Virus record (IMG/VR): IMGVR_UViG_3300008117_000469
DNA length: 64,000 nt
Reading direction: 5' to 3' (one strand)
Source: an uncultured virus (IMG/VR IMGVR_UViG_3300008117_000469)
Lineage: Duplodnaviria > Heunggongvirae > Uroviricota > Caudoviricetes
The translations under genes were made by a program, and so were the position numbers. Below, piece by piece: positions 30,207-43,668 of this stretch (position 1 is its first letter; each line of letters starts with the position of its first letter). Under the pieces are notes generated by a model. It made no database searches. It was not told the origin of the DNA and saw only the letters and a list, made by a program, of their open reading frames with translations.

Positions 30207-30222
30207 AACAGTCTATTTCCCA

Positions 30223-30254
30223 TAAATATATATAAAATTACTTAGAGTACCAAA
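30223..30254 (-). promoter_or_regulatory. promoter for the glycosyltransferase operon (TTTG-N20-TATATTTA, also contains ATATTTAT)
   Basis: Exact two-box motif 16 nt upstream of the GT ATG. Confidence 0.7.
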
Positions 30255-30261
30255 CTTACTA

Positions 30262-33200
30262 TTATCCGTTAGTAAAATATGTTGTATCTGGTCTAAAGTT
30301 TACTGTATAATATGCTCCATTATTTTTTATTACTTGACCAACTCCTCTTACAATAGAAGCAGTAGTTGTTGGCACAGCAGCTGTAACATTACCAGCAGTT
30401 TCTGATACATATAGTACATCTCCTACTGTTGTTACGTTAGTAACAAATGTACTAGTATAAATACCATCAATTAATACTGCAATTTCGTTAGTGGCAGCAC
30501 CAACTGTATTTAATACTATTCCTAATAGGAAATCTGTAGTACCCACAGCCGAAGCATCTGCTAAAGCCCATTGTCCTGTACCTCCTCTATAATATACTAA
30601 CTGACCTATAGTTAATGCACTATCTGAAAGTTCATTATGTAATATAGTTCCTTGAACTGATGCAACTGCAGGGTTTTGATTAAATAGAGTGGAATGACCT
30701 GGGAGGAATTTAGCTGTAATAGTAGTACCTGTAGTATTTATATCTCCTGCTGTAAATGAGAAATAACTTGTATCCCACCAAACATATCTATTTGAAAAAC
30801 TTACAGTTCCATTTACATCTAAATTATCTGTAGGACCAGTAGTATTAATTCCTAGGAAAAGATTAGCTGTATCAACATATAAGAATGATACTGATTGAAT
30901 TGTTGTAGCAGCTGTAGTTCTTACAAGATAATCTGGTTGATTAACAAACGTACCACCACTAATTCCTGATGTACCATTAAATGATAAACCTGAAGTACCA
31001 TTTGTACCTGCAGTACCACTTGTTCCAGATGCTGAACTTGTACCTGAAGTTCTTGCGGCACCTGAAGTACCATTTGAACCTGAGGTTCCGCTTGTTCCTG
31101 AAGCTGTGCTTTGACCTGCTGTTGATGTAGCACCTGTTGTACCACTAGAACCTGAAGTTCCTGATGTGCCTGAAATTGTGCTACCACCTGAAGCTTGAGC
31201 AGCACCTGAAGTACCTGATGAACCTGAAGTTTCCTGAAGTTGTAGTTGCACCTGTAGTACCTGATGAACCTGAAGTTCCTGAAGTACCACTAGTTCCTGA
31301 TGCTGTACTTGAACCTGAAGTTTGAGTAGCACCACTTGTACCTGATGAACCTGAAGTACCACTTGTAAAGCTTGATGAACTTGAACCTGCAGTTTGAGCT
31401 GCTCCTGAAGTACCTGATGAACCACTTGTTCCTGAAGTACCACTTATTGTACTACCACCTGAAGCTTGAGCAGCACCTGAAGTACCTGATGAACCTGAAG
31501 TTCCACTTGTTCCTGATGTTGTACTAGATCCTGAAGATTGTGTTGCACCTGAAGTACCACTTGAACCTGAAGTTCCTGATGTAAACGATACTGTAGATGA
31601 ACCTGCTGTTGTTGCAGCACCACTTGTTCCTGAAGAACCTGATGTACCTGAAGTAGCACTAGCTCCACTTACACCAGCGGCACCTGAAATACCGCTTGTT
31701 CCGCTTGAACCTGAACTTCCGCTTGTGCCACTAGTTCCTGAAGTGCGACTATTACCTGAAGCACCATCTGCACCTGAAGTACCGTTTGAACCTGAAGTAC
31801 CGCTAGTACCTGATGTTCTAGAAGCACCTGCTGTTGCAGCAGCACCTGCTGTACCATTTGAACCTGATGTACCTGATGTACCTGAGATTGTACTGCCACC
31901 TGAAATTGCGGCTGCACCTGAAGTACCATTTGAACCTGAAGTTCCTGATGTACCTGATACTGTGCTTGATCCTGAAGTTGCTGTAGCACCTGAAGTACCA
32001 TTTGAACCTGAAGTTCCTGATGTACCGGATGCTGAACTTGAACCTGCTGTTGAAGCAGCACCACTTGTACCGTTTGAACCTGATGTACCTGAAGTACCAC
32101 TTATTGTACTACCACCTGAGATTGCAGCTGCACCTGAAGTACCGTTTGAACCACTTGTTCCTGATGTACCTGATACTGTAGATGAACCTGATGTTGTAGT
32201 AGCTCCTGTTGTACCTGAGCTACCGCTTGTACCACTAGTTCCTGATGTGCGACTATTACCTGAAGCACCATCTACACCACTTGTACCATTTGAACCTGAA
32301 GTACCGCTAGTACCTGATGTTCTAGAAGCACCTGATGTACCATCTACACCTGAAGTACCGTTTGAACCATTTGTACCTGAAGTACCACTAGTTCTTGAAA
32401 TACCTGAAGCACCATTAGCACCTGAAGTACCACTTGATCCACTTGTACCTGAAGTACCAGATGTTGTACTTGAACCTGAAGCTTGTGCAGCACCTGAAGT
32501 ACCTGAGCTACCGCTTGTACCACTTGTTCCTGATACTGAACTTGAACCTGATGTTGAAGCAGCACCACTTGTACCGTTTGAACCGCTAGTTCCTGAAGTT
32601 CCGCTTATTGTGCTTGAACCTGAAGTTGCTGTAGCACCTGAAGTACCGTTTGAACCTGATGTACCTGATGTACCACTTGCTGTACTTGATCCGGATGTTG
32701 TTGAAGCACCTGTTGTACCTGAGCTACCACTTGTACCTGAAGTACCAGCTGTTTGGCTTAAACCACTTGTACCAGTTGAACCACTTGTACCTGATGTACC
32801 TGAAGTTGAACTAGCTCCACTGTTGCCAGCATTACCTGAAGTACCATTTGAACCTGCTGTACCGCTAGTACCACTAGTTCCTGAAGTACCTGAAGCTGAG
32901 CTAGAACCTGATGTTGTAGCTGCACCTGAAGTACCGTTAGAACCTGAAGTTCCTGAAGTACCACTTACTGTACTTGATCCTGAAGTTGCTGTAGCACCTG
33001 AGGTACCATTTGAACCACTTGTTCCTGATGTACCTGAAGTACGACTATTACCTGAAGTACCATCAACACCACTTGTACCATTTGAACCTGCTGTACCGCT
33101 TGTACCACTTGTTCTTGATAAACCTGAAGCACCTGCATTACCTGAAGTACCTGCAGAACCGTTAGTTCCACTAGTACCTGATGTACCGCTTGTTCCTGAA

Positions 33201-36200
33201 ACTTGGCTGTTTCCGTTAGCACCTATAGTACCACTTGAACCGCTAGTTCCTGATGTTCCGCTAGTTCCTGAAGCTGTGCTTGAACCTGATGTTTGAGCTG
33301 CACCTGAAGTACCTGATGAACCTGAGGTTCCAGAAGTACCGCTTGTACTTGATGCTGAACTTGAACCGGCTGTCGTAGTTGCACCTGAAGTACCGCTTGA
33401 ACCTGAAGTTCCTGAAGTACTACTAGCTGAACTTGAACCTGATGTTGTTGTAGCACCACTTGTTCCTGAAGATCCTGATGTACCTGAAGTACCTGATGCT
33501 GAAGAAGATCCTGATGTACCTGAACTACCACTCGTACCTGAAGTACCAGCTGTTTGAGATAGACCTGAAGTACCTGTTGAACCACTTGTTCCTGATGTAC
33601 CACTTGTTGAACTTGCACCGCTATTACCTGCGTTACCTGAGGTACCATTTGAACCTGAAGTTCCTGATGTGCCTGAAGTTTGTGAAGCACCTGAAGTACT
33701 TGCTGCACCTGAAGTACCATTTGAACCTGCTGTTCCGCTTGTACCTGAAGTACCACTTGTTCCAACAGCACCCGAAGCACCTGAGGTACCATTTGATCCT
33801 GTAGAACCAGATGTACCTGAAGTACCTGAAGTTCTACTTAAACCTGAACCTCCGTCTACACCTGATGTACCTGTAGAACCTGAAGTACCGCTTGTACCTG
33901 ATGTACGACTATTACCTGAAGTACCATCAACACCTGATGTACCTGAACTACCACTTGTACCTGAAGTACCAGCTGTTCTACTATTTCCTGAGGTTCCTAT
34001 TGAACCTGATGTGCCTGATGTTCCTGAGGTACCTGATGTACCTGCTGCACCGCTATTACCTGATGTACCAATTGATCCTGCAGTACCGCTTGTACCTGAA
34101 GTACCACTTGTACCTGCTGATCCAGCTGCACCTGATAAACCTGAAGTTCCTACTGAACCTGAAGTACCGCTCGTACCTGAAGTACCGCTTGTACCGGCAG
34201 TTTGGCTTAAACCACTAGTTCCTGTTGAACCGCTAGTACCACTTGTACCTGAGGTTGAACTAGCACCGCTATTACCTGCGTTACCACTTGTTCCGTTTGA
34301 ACCTGAAGTTCCTGATGTACCTGAAGTTTGTGAAGTACCTGATGTACTAGCAGCTCCTGATGTACCATTTGAACCATTAGTACCGCTTGTACCACTAGTT
34401 CCTGATGTACCTGCTGTTCTTGAGGCACCACTAGTACCTATTGAACCATTTGTTCCTGAAGTTCCTGAAGTACCTGAAGTACCTGCTGAACCTGCAGCTC
34501 CTGATAATCCAGATGTACCAATCGATCCTGATGTTCCTGATGTACCTGAAGTACCGCTTGTACCTGCTGATCCAGCTGCACCGGATAAACCTGCAGTACC
34601 GGTAGAACCTGATGTTCCTGAAGTTCCTGAAGTTCCTGAAGTTCTGGAAGCACCTGAAGTACCTTCTATACCTGAAGTACCATTTGAACCGCTAGTACCA
34701 GCTGTACCGCTTGTACGACTAGCACCTGAGGTACCATCAACACCTGATGTACCTGAACTACCACTAGTTCCTGATGTACCTGCTGTTCTTGAAGCGCCAC
34801 TAGTACCTATTGAACCATTTGTTCCTGAAGTACCGCTTGTACCTGAAGTACCGGCAGCGCCTGATTGACCTGAAGTTCCTATTGAACCTGCAGTTCCTGA
34901 TGTACCTGAAGTACCGCTTGTTCCTGCTGAACCAGCAGCACCCGATAAACCAGCAGTACCAGTTGAACCTGAAGTTCCTGAAGTGCCGCTTGTACCTGCT
35001 GTTTGAGATAAACCTGAAGTACCTGTTGAACCACTTGTACCGCTTGTACCTGAAGTACTACTTGCACCGTACCGTTTGAACCAGTTGTACCTGAAGTTCC
35101 TGATGTACCGCTTGTACCACTTGTTCTAGAAGCACCTGATGTACCATCTATACCTGAAGTTCCTGATGAACCACTAGTACCAGCTGTACCTGAGGTACGA
35201 CTAGCACCTGAAGTACCATCTGCACCATTTGTTCCACTAGAACCTGAAGTTCCTGAAGTACCAGCTGTTCTAGAAGCGCCTGATGTGCCTATTGAACCGT
35301 TAGTACCGCTTGTTCCGCTGGTACCCGATGTTCCGGCTGAACCAGCAGCTCCACTAGTTCCTAATGAACCAGCATTACCTGAAGTACCACTTGTTCCGCT
35401 TGTTCCTGATGAACCTGCAGCGCCTGATTGGCCTGAGGTTCCTATACTACCTGCTGTACCGCTAGTACCTGATGTACCGCTAGTTCCAGCTGTTTGACTT
35501 AATCCTGATGTACCTGTAGAACCTGATGTTCCTGAGGTTCCACTAGTAGATGAAGCACCGCTATTTCCAGCATTACCACTTGTACCATTTGAACCTGTTG
35601 TTCCGCTTGTACCGCTTGTTCCTGAAGTACCTGAAGTACCTGCTGCACCGCTATTACCTGATGTACCAATTGATCCTGCAGTACCACTAGTACCACTAGT
35701 TCCTGATGTACCAGCAGTTTGTGAATTACCGCTTGTACCAATTGAACCATTTGTTCCGGAAGTTCCGCTTGTACCTGATGTTCCAGCTGTACCAGCTGCT
35801 CCTGAAGTTCCTAATGAACCCGCAGTTCCTGAAGTACCTGAAGTACCTGAAGTACCTGCTGAACCAGCAGCCCCCGAAGTTCCATTTGAACCTGTAGAAC
35901 CGCTTGTACCTGATGTACCACTTGTACCTGCTGTTCTAGAAGCACCGCTAGTACCTATTGAACCGTTAGTACCACTAGTACCTGAAGTACCACTAGTACC
36001 AGCTGCACCTGAAGCACCGCTTGTTCCTAATGAACCTGCAGTTCCTGATGTTCCTGATGTACCTGATGTGCCTGCGGAACCAGCTGCACCTGATAATCCT
36101 GCAGTACCTGTTGAACCTGAAGTTCCACTTGTTCCTGATGTACCTGCTGTTTGGGATAAACCTGAAGTACCTGTACTACCTGAAGTACCTGATGTACCTG

Positions 36201-39200
36201 AAGTTGAGCTAGCTCCACTGTTACCTGCATTACCGCTTGTACCATTTGAACCATTAGTACCGCTTGTACCTGAAGTACCGCTAGTACCAGCTGAACCTGA
36301 AGCACCTGAAGCGCCACTTGTTCCTAATGAACCTGCAGTTCCTGATGTTCCTGAAGTTCCTGAAGTACCGGCTGAACCTGCAGCACCTGATGTACCATTA
36401 GTTCCGGTAGATCCTGAAGTACCGCTAGTACCTGAAGTACCGCTTGTTCTAGAAGCACCTGATGTACCTTCTATACCTGAAGTACCATTTGAACCGCTAG
36501 TACCAGCTGTACCGCTTGTACGACTAGCTCCTGAGGTACCATCAATACCTGATGTACCTGAACTTCCTGATGTACCGCTTGTTCCTGCTGTTCTAGAAGC
36601 ACCTGATGTACCAATTGAACCATTTGTTCCTGAAGTTCCGCTAGTACCACTAGTACCTGCTGAACCTGCAGCACCACTTGTACCGTTTGAACCAGCTGTA
36701 CCTGAAGTACCGCTTGTTTGAGATGAACCTGAAGTTCCTATATTTCCACTAGTACCTGAAGAACCTGAAGTTCCTGAAGTACCTGATGTTTGACTTAATC
36801 CTGATGTACCTGTAGAACCTGATGTTCCACTTGTACCACTTGTTGAACTAACACCACTATTACCAGCATTACCGCTTGTACCATTAGATCCGTTAGTACC
36901 GCTTGTACCTGATGTACCACTAGTACCTGCAGAACCCGCTGCACCACTTGTTCCTAATGAACCTGCTGTACCTGAAGTGCCTGAAGTACCGCTAGTACCT
37001 GCTGTACCAGCAGCACCTGAAGTTCCATTTGAACCTGCTGTACCTGAAGTACCACTAGTACCAGATGTTTGTGATGAACCGCTTGTACCAACTGATCCAT
37101 TAGTACCTGAAGTGCCTGAAGTACCACTAGTACCAGCTGCACCTGAAGCACCTGAAGTTCCTATTGAACCTGCGGTACCGCTTGTTCCACTAGTACCTGA
37201 TGTACCTGCAGAACCTGCAGCTCCTGAGAGACCAGCAGTACCTGTTGAACCGCTTGTACCTGAAGTGCCTGAAGTGCCTGCTGTTTGAGATAAACCTGAA
37301 GTACCTGTTGAACCGCTTGTACCTGAAGTTCCTGATGTTGAACTAGCACCGCTATTACCTGCGTTACCACTTGTACCGTTAGATCCGTTTGTTCCTGAAG
37401 TACCACTAGTACCTGAAGTACCAGCTGAACCTGCAGCACCTGACAACCCTGCAGTACCTGTTGATCCGCTTGTACCGCTTGTTCCTGATGTACCTGCTGT
37501 TTGACTTAAACCACTTGTACCAATTGATCCTGATGTACCACTAGTACCTGAAGTACCTGAAGTACCTGCTGAACCAGCATTACCGCTAGTACCTATTGAA
37601 CCAGCTGTACCTGAAGTACCGCTTGTACCACTTGTGCCTGCTGAACCAGCAGCACCTGAAGTTCCATTTGAACCTGTAGAACCTGAAGTTCCTGATGTAC
37701 CTGAAGTTCCTGATGTTCTAGAAGCACCTGAGGTACCTTCTACACCACTTGTACCTGATGAACCACTAGTACCTGCTGTACCACTTGTACGACTAGCTCC
37801 TGAAGTACCATCTACACCACTTGTTCCTGAAGAACCTGATGTACCGCTTGTGCCTGCTGTTCTACTATTTCCTGAGGTTCCTATTGAACCATTAGTACCG
37901 CTTGTACCACTTGTACCTGAAGTACCAGCTGCACCTGAAACACCGCTTGTACCTATTGAACCTGATGTTCCTGATGTACCGCTAGTACCTGAAGTACCTG
38001 CTGAACCGGCAGCACCTGATAAACCAGCTGTTCCTGTAGAACCTGAAGTACCGCTAGTACCACTTGTACCTGCGGTTTGAGATAAACCACTAGTTCCTGT
38101 TGAACCTGAAGTACCGGATGTACCACTTGTTGAAGAAGCACCACTGTTACCTGCGTTTCCTGAAGTTCCATTTGAACCATTTGTTCCTGAAGTTCCACTA
38201 GTACCGCTTGTACCAGCTGAACCAGCAGCGCCTGAAAGACCGCTTGTACCTGCTGAACCTGCTGTACCTGAAGTACCGCTTGTACCACTTGTACCTGCTG
38301 TACCAGCTGCTCCTGAAGTTCCTAATGAACCTGATGTTCCGCTAGTTCCTGAAGTTTGAGAAGAACCACTAGTTCCTGAAGAACCATTTGTTCCTGAAGT
38401 TCCACTAGTACCGCTTGTACCTGCTGTACCAGCTGCACCACTTGTTCCTAATGAACCTGCAGTACCTGATGTACCACTTGTACCTGATGTTCCTGCTGAA
38501 CCGGCAGCGCCTGAAAGACCGCTTGTACCAGTTGAACCACTAGTACCTGATGTACCACTAGTTCCAGCTGTTTGAGATATACCGCTCGTACCTGTAGAAC
38601 CTGATGTTCCACTTGTACCTGAAGTACTACTTGCACCACTGTTTCCAGCATTACCACTAGTACCGTTTGAACCATTTGTTCCTGAAGTGCCGCTTGTACC
38701 TGAAGTACCCGCAGCGCCTGATTGACCTGAAGTTCCTATACTACCTGCGGTACCACTAGTACCTGATGTACCTGAAGTACCTGCAGAACTAGAAGCTCCT
38801 GAAGTTCCATTTGAACCTGTTGTACCTGAAGTACCTGATGTACCACTTGTACCTGAAGTTCTAGAAGCACCTGAAGAACCATCTATACCTGATGTACCTG
38901 AAGAACCACTTGTACCGCTTGTTCCAGCAGTACGTGAATTTCCTGAAGTACCTATACTACCATTTGTACCACTTGTTCCTGAGGTACCACTAGTACCAGC
39001 TGTACCAGCTGCTCCTGAAGTTCCTAATGAACCTGAAGTACCGCTTGTACCTGATGTACCTGAAGTACCTGCAGAACCAGCGGCACCTGCTGTTCCTGAA
39101 GAGCCGGCTGTGCCTGAGGTACCACTAGTACCTGCAGTTTGACTTATACCTGATGTACCTGTTGAACCACTAGTACCGCTTGTACCAGCAGTTTGTGAAT

Positions 39201-42200
39201 TACCGCTAGTACCTACTGAACCACTAGTACCTGATGTACCTGAAGTACCTGAAGTACCTGTTGAACCAGCTGCACCGCTTGTACCTACTGAACCTGCTGT
39301 ACCACTTGTACCACTAGTTCCACTAGTACCTGCTGAACTTGAAGCACCTGATAATCCTGCAGTACCTGTTGATCCGCTTGTGCCTGAAGTACCTGATGTA
39401 CCGGCAGTTTGACTTAATCCTGATGTACCAGTTGAACCTGAAGTACCGCTTGTACCTGAAGTTGAACTTGTACCACTATTTCCTGCGTTACCTCCTGTAC
39501 CTGTGCTACCACTTGTACCTGAAGTTCCGGATGTTCCTGAAGTTTGACTTGCACCTGAGGTTCCAGCCGCACCTGATGTACCTGTAGAACCTGAAGTTCC
39601 TGAAGTACCACTAGTACCTGAAGTACCAGTAGAACTACTACCACCTGAAGTACCAACACTACCTGTTGTACCTGAAGTTCCTGAAGTTCCTGAGGTTCCT
39701 GTTGAACTACTAGCACCTGAAGTACCAATTGAACCATTTGTACCTGAAGTACCGGATGTACCACTAGTTCCTGCTGAACTAGATGCGCCTGAAGTTCCTA
39801 TTGAACCATTCGTACCTGAAGTACCACTTGTACCGCTTGTGCCTGCCGAACCAGCAGCTCCTGAAGTACCTGCTGAACCGCTTGTGCCTGAAGTACCTGA
39901 AGTTCTAGATTGACCTGATGTACTAAAATCAGCGTCTCCTGAAGTACCTGAACTACCACTAGTACCGCTTGTACCTGATGTTAAAGATTGGAAGTTGAAC
40001 TTGTACCTGAGTTTCCGGCATTACCTGCAGTACCTGTAGAACCTGAAGTTCCACTTGTTCCTGAGGTATTAGATTCACCTGATATACCTTTAGTACCTGT
40101 TGTACCACTTGAACCTGATGTACCTGATGTACCTGATGAGCTAGACGAACCTGAAGTTCCTGTTGAACCTGATGTACCACTAGTTCCTGAGGTGCCACTT
40201 GTACCTGCAGAACTAGCATTACCTGAAGTACCAGCTGAACCACTTGTTCCTGAAGTACCTGATGTTAAAGATTGACCTGAAGTACTAAAATCTTGATCAC
40301 CGGAAGTACCAGATGAACCGGATGTTCCTGAAGTACCACTTGTTAATGAATTACCTGAAGTACCAGCATTACCTGTTGTACCTGAAGATCCGTTTGTACC
40401 AGAAGTACCGGATGTTTGACTTATACCTGATGTACCTGTAGAACCTGATGTACCTGATGTACCTGAAGTTGAACTTGTACCTGAATTTCCTGCATTTCCT
40501 CCGGTTCCTGTTGAACCTGAAGTACCGCTGGTACCTGAAGTACCAGCTGTTTGAGAAGCACCACTAGTACCAATTGAACCAGCTGTACCACTTGTGCCAC
40601 TTGTACCGCTTGTTCCAGCTGAACTACTAGAACCTGATGTACCTATACTACCTGATGTACCTGAAGTGCCACTTGTGCCACTTGTTCCAGCTGAACTACT
40701 AGAACCTGAAGTTCCTATTGAACCTGAAGTTCCTGATGTTCCTGATGTTCCGCTTGTACCTGCTGAACCTGCAGCACCACTTGTTCCTAAAGAACCTGAT
40801 GTACCTGAAGTACCTGAGGTTGAGCTTGTTCCTGATGAACCCTCATTTCCTGAAGTTCCTGAGCTACCACTAGTACCTGAAGTACCGGCTGTTTGAGATA
40901 AACCACTTGTACCTGTTGAACCTGATGTTCCGCTTGTACCTGAGGTTGAGCTTGTACCACTGTTACCATCGTTTCCTGCAGTACCTATAGAACCTGAAGT
41001 TCCTGATGTTCCGCTTGTTCCTGCTGTTTGAGAAGCACCACTAGTACCAATTGAACCTGATGTTCCTGAAGTGCCTGATGTACCACTTGTACCTGCTGAA
41101 CTACTAGCGCCTGAAGTGCCAATTGAACCAGCTGTACCACTAGTTCCTGAAGTACCGCTTGTTCCTGCAGAACTACTAGAACCTGAAGTTCCTACTGAAC
41201 CTGACGTACCTGATGTTCCACTTGAACCCGAAGTTCCTGCTGAACTTGAATTACCACTTGTTCCTATACTACCATTTGTACCACTAGTACCTGAGGTACC
41301 TGATGTACCTGCTGAATTACTAGCGCCTGAAGTACCAATTGAACCTGATGTTCCTGAAGTACCGCTGGTTCCTGAAGTACCTGCTGAACCTGAGTTACCT
41401 GAGGTGCCAACTGTTCCTGCAGTACCTGATGTACCACTTGTTCCATTAGTTCCTGATGAACCTGAAGATCCACTTGCTCCACTTACACCGTTATATCCAT
41501 TTAATCCTGAAGTACCTGAAGAACCTGAAGTTCCTGAAGTACCACTTATTCCTGAAGTACCAAATGTACCATCTTCTCCTGAAGTGCCTGAAGTACCTGT
41601 TGTACCGCTTGTACCACTGGTGCCAGATGAACTTGATCCACCACTAGTACCTGAGGTACCTGTTGTGCCTGAATTACCTGAAGTTCCTGAAGTACCAGTT
41701 GAACCATCTTCACCGCTTGTACCTGAAGTACCTGTTGTGCCTGATTCGCCTGAAGTACCTGAAGTGCCAGTTGAACTTGATTCACCACTAGTACCACTTG
41801 TACCGGTTGAACCAGATTCACCTGAAGTACCTGAAGTGCCTGTGCTTCCTGAGTCTCCACTTGTGCCTGAAGAACCATTAGAACCACTTTCACCACTAGT
41901 ACCACTTGTACCTGTTGAACCTGATTCACCTGAAGTACCGCTTGTACCTGCTGAACCACTATTACCTGAAGTACCTGAAGTGCCAGTTGAACCACTATTA
42001 CCTGAAGTACCTGAAGTGCCAGTTGAACCGTCTTCTCCTGAAGTGCCGCTTGTACCTGAAGTGCCTGATTCTCCACTTGTACCTGAAGTGCCTGATGAAT
42101 TGCTAGAACCTGATGTTCCTGTTGTACCTGAAGTACCAGCTGTTCCGCTAGTTCCTGCAGAACTAGAAGCTCCAGAAGTACCAGCTGTTCCGCTAGTTCC

Positions 42201-43631
42201 TGAAGTTCCATTAGTTCCTGAAGAACCGTCTTCTCCACTAGTACCTGAAGTACCTGTTGTGCCTGATGTACCTGATGTACCTGATGAGTTACTATTTCCT
42301 GAAGTACCTGAAGTACCTGTTGTGCCTGAATTGCCTGAGGTACCTGATGTACCAGTTGAACCGTCTTCTCCTGATGTTCCTGAAGTACCTGTTGTACCAG
42401 ATGTACCTGAAATACCACTAGTACCTGAGGTACCTTCATTTCCTGATGTACCTGCTGTACCACTTGTACCAGCAGTACCTGAAATACCTGAAGTACCTGA
42501 GGTGTTATTTTCTCCTGAAGTTCCGGCAGTACCTGAAGTTCCGGCAGTACCTGAAATACCTGAAGTACCGTTTTCTCCTGAAGTTCCAGTAGTACCTGTT
42601 GTACCTGATGTTCCTGAAGTTCCTGAGATACCATTTCCTCCGGAAGTACCTGAGGTACCAGTTGTACCTGAAGTACCGTTTACTCCACTAGTACCTGATG
42701 TACCATCAGCTCCTGAAGTACCTGATGTACCAGCTGTACCTGATGTATTTGAAATTCCTGAGGTACCTGATGTACCAGCTGTACCTGAATTACCTGAAGT
42801 ACCTGAAACTCCTGTACTACCACTAGTTCCATTAGTTCCTGAAGAACCTGAAGAACCACTATCACCACTTAATCCACTAAGTCCACTTGTACCTGTTGTA
42901 CCTGAGGTTCCATTAGTACCTGATGTACCAGCTGTACCTGAAGTTTTACTTTGTCCTGAAGTACCATCTTCTCCTGAGGTTCCAGACGTACCGCTTGTAC
43001 CACTTATACCTGATGTGCCTGAAGTACCAGTTGAACCGTCTTCTCCTGATGTTCCTGAAGTGCCTGTTGTGCCTGAAGTACCGCTTGTACCGGCTGTTTG
43101 ACTATTTCCTGATGTGCCTGCTGTACCTGAAGTTCCATTTGTACCACTTGTACCAGATGATCCACTATCACCTGAAGTACCATCAGCTCCTGAAGTACCA
43201 GCTGTACCTGAAGTACCTGAAGTTCCTGAAATACCTGCTGTTCCTGATGAACCGGCTACACCACTAGTTCCTGAGGTTGAGTTTACATATCCTACAACAC
43301 CTGTTACTGGATTGTATGTAACAACATAAGGTCCAGGTTGAACAGGTAATGATTGTAATACTATAGGTTGAGATGAACCTGAAATTACTAATGAACCAGT
43401 AATTACGGCTGAACCTGAGAATGGAAATCCTGCTGAACTTGTTACAAATACTGTAACACCATCTAAATTAAATGTAGATAGTTCAACTGATCCTGAAAAG
43501 TTTATAAACGGTACACTAGAACTAACTAATGTACCATTTTGGTAAATATCAATTGTACCCCCACTACCACCAGTAGGGTCTATATTATATACGCCAACAG
43601 GAACTTGATCTAAAAATCTTACTTGAGCCAT
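30262..43631 (-). CDS. giant Gly-X-Y (G-T-S) repeat fibre/decoration protein, ~4400+ aa, with three frame breaks (~39990, ~35069, ~31231)
   Basis: Unique N-terminus (MAQVRFLDQ...), ~12.3 kb of (SGT)n-type triplets, then a globular C-terminus ([21 protein letters not shown]...WALADA...[11 protein letters not shown]). The repeat frame appears open between junctions but lacks start codons, so the ORF caller fragments it. Confidence 0.75.
30960..43275 (-). repeat. low-complexity 9-nt-period repeat (Ser-Gly-Thr codons) with higher-order duplicated blocks
   Basis: Continuous cctgaagta/cctgatgta/ccacttgta/ccgcttgta units; e.g. a 65-nt exact duplicate at 34659-34723 and 36464-36528. Confidence 0.97.
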
Positions 43632-43649
43632 TCTTCAGGATTTATCTTA

Positions 43650-43659
43650 TATAAATATT
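43650..43659 (-). promoter_or_regulatory. putative late promoter motif AATATTTATA for the giant fibre gene
   Basis: One of ~15 copies of sense-strand ATATTTAT found just upstream of virion genes. Confidence 0.65.
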
Positions 43660-43668
43660 GGAAAAGGA

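Noticed and set aside
30921..42868. Many minus-strand VQ/LQ-rich and plus-strand YL-rich short ORFs
   Set aside because: They are out-of-frame readings of the same repeat.
30960..43275. Possible CRISPR array or non-coding satellite
   Set aside because: There is no constant repeat with unique spacers. Variation is synonymous and keeps 3-nt periodicity, which indicates protein coding.
31725..43329. Long plus-strand ORFs of PEVP/PLVP repeats (e.g. 523, 399 and 676 aa)
   Set aside because: These are antisense shadows of the Ser-Gly-Thr codon repeat. They have no unique termini or upstream motifs, and all flanking genes are on the minus strand.
30262..43631. Bacterial ice-nucleation protein (InaZ) homologue
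   Set aside because: It lacks the AGYGSTxT octapeptide / 16-residue period. The period is 3 and the repeat is almost Tyr-free.
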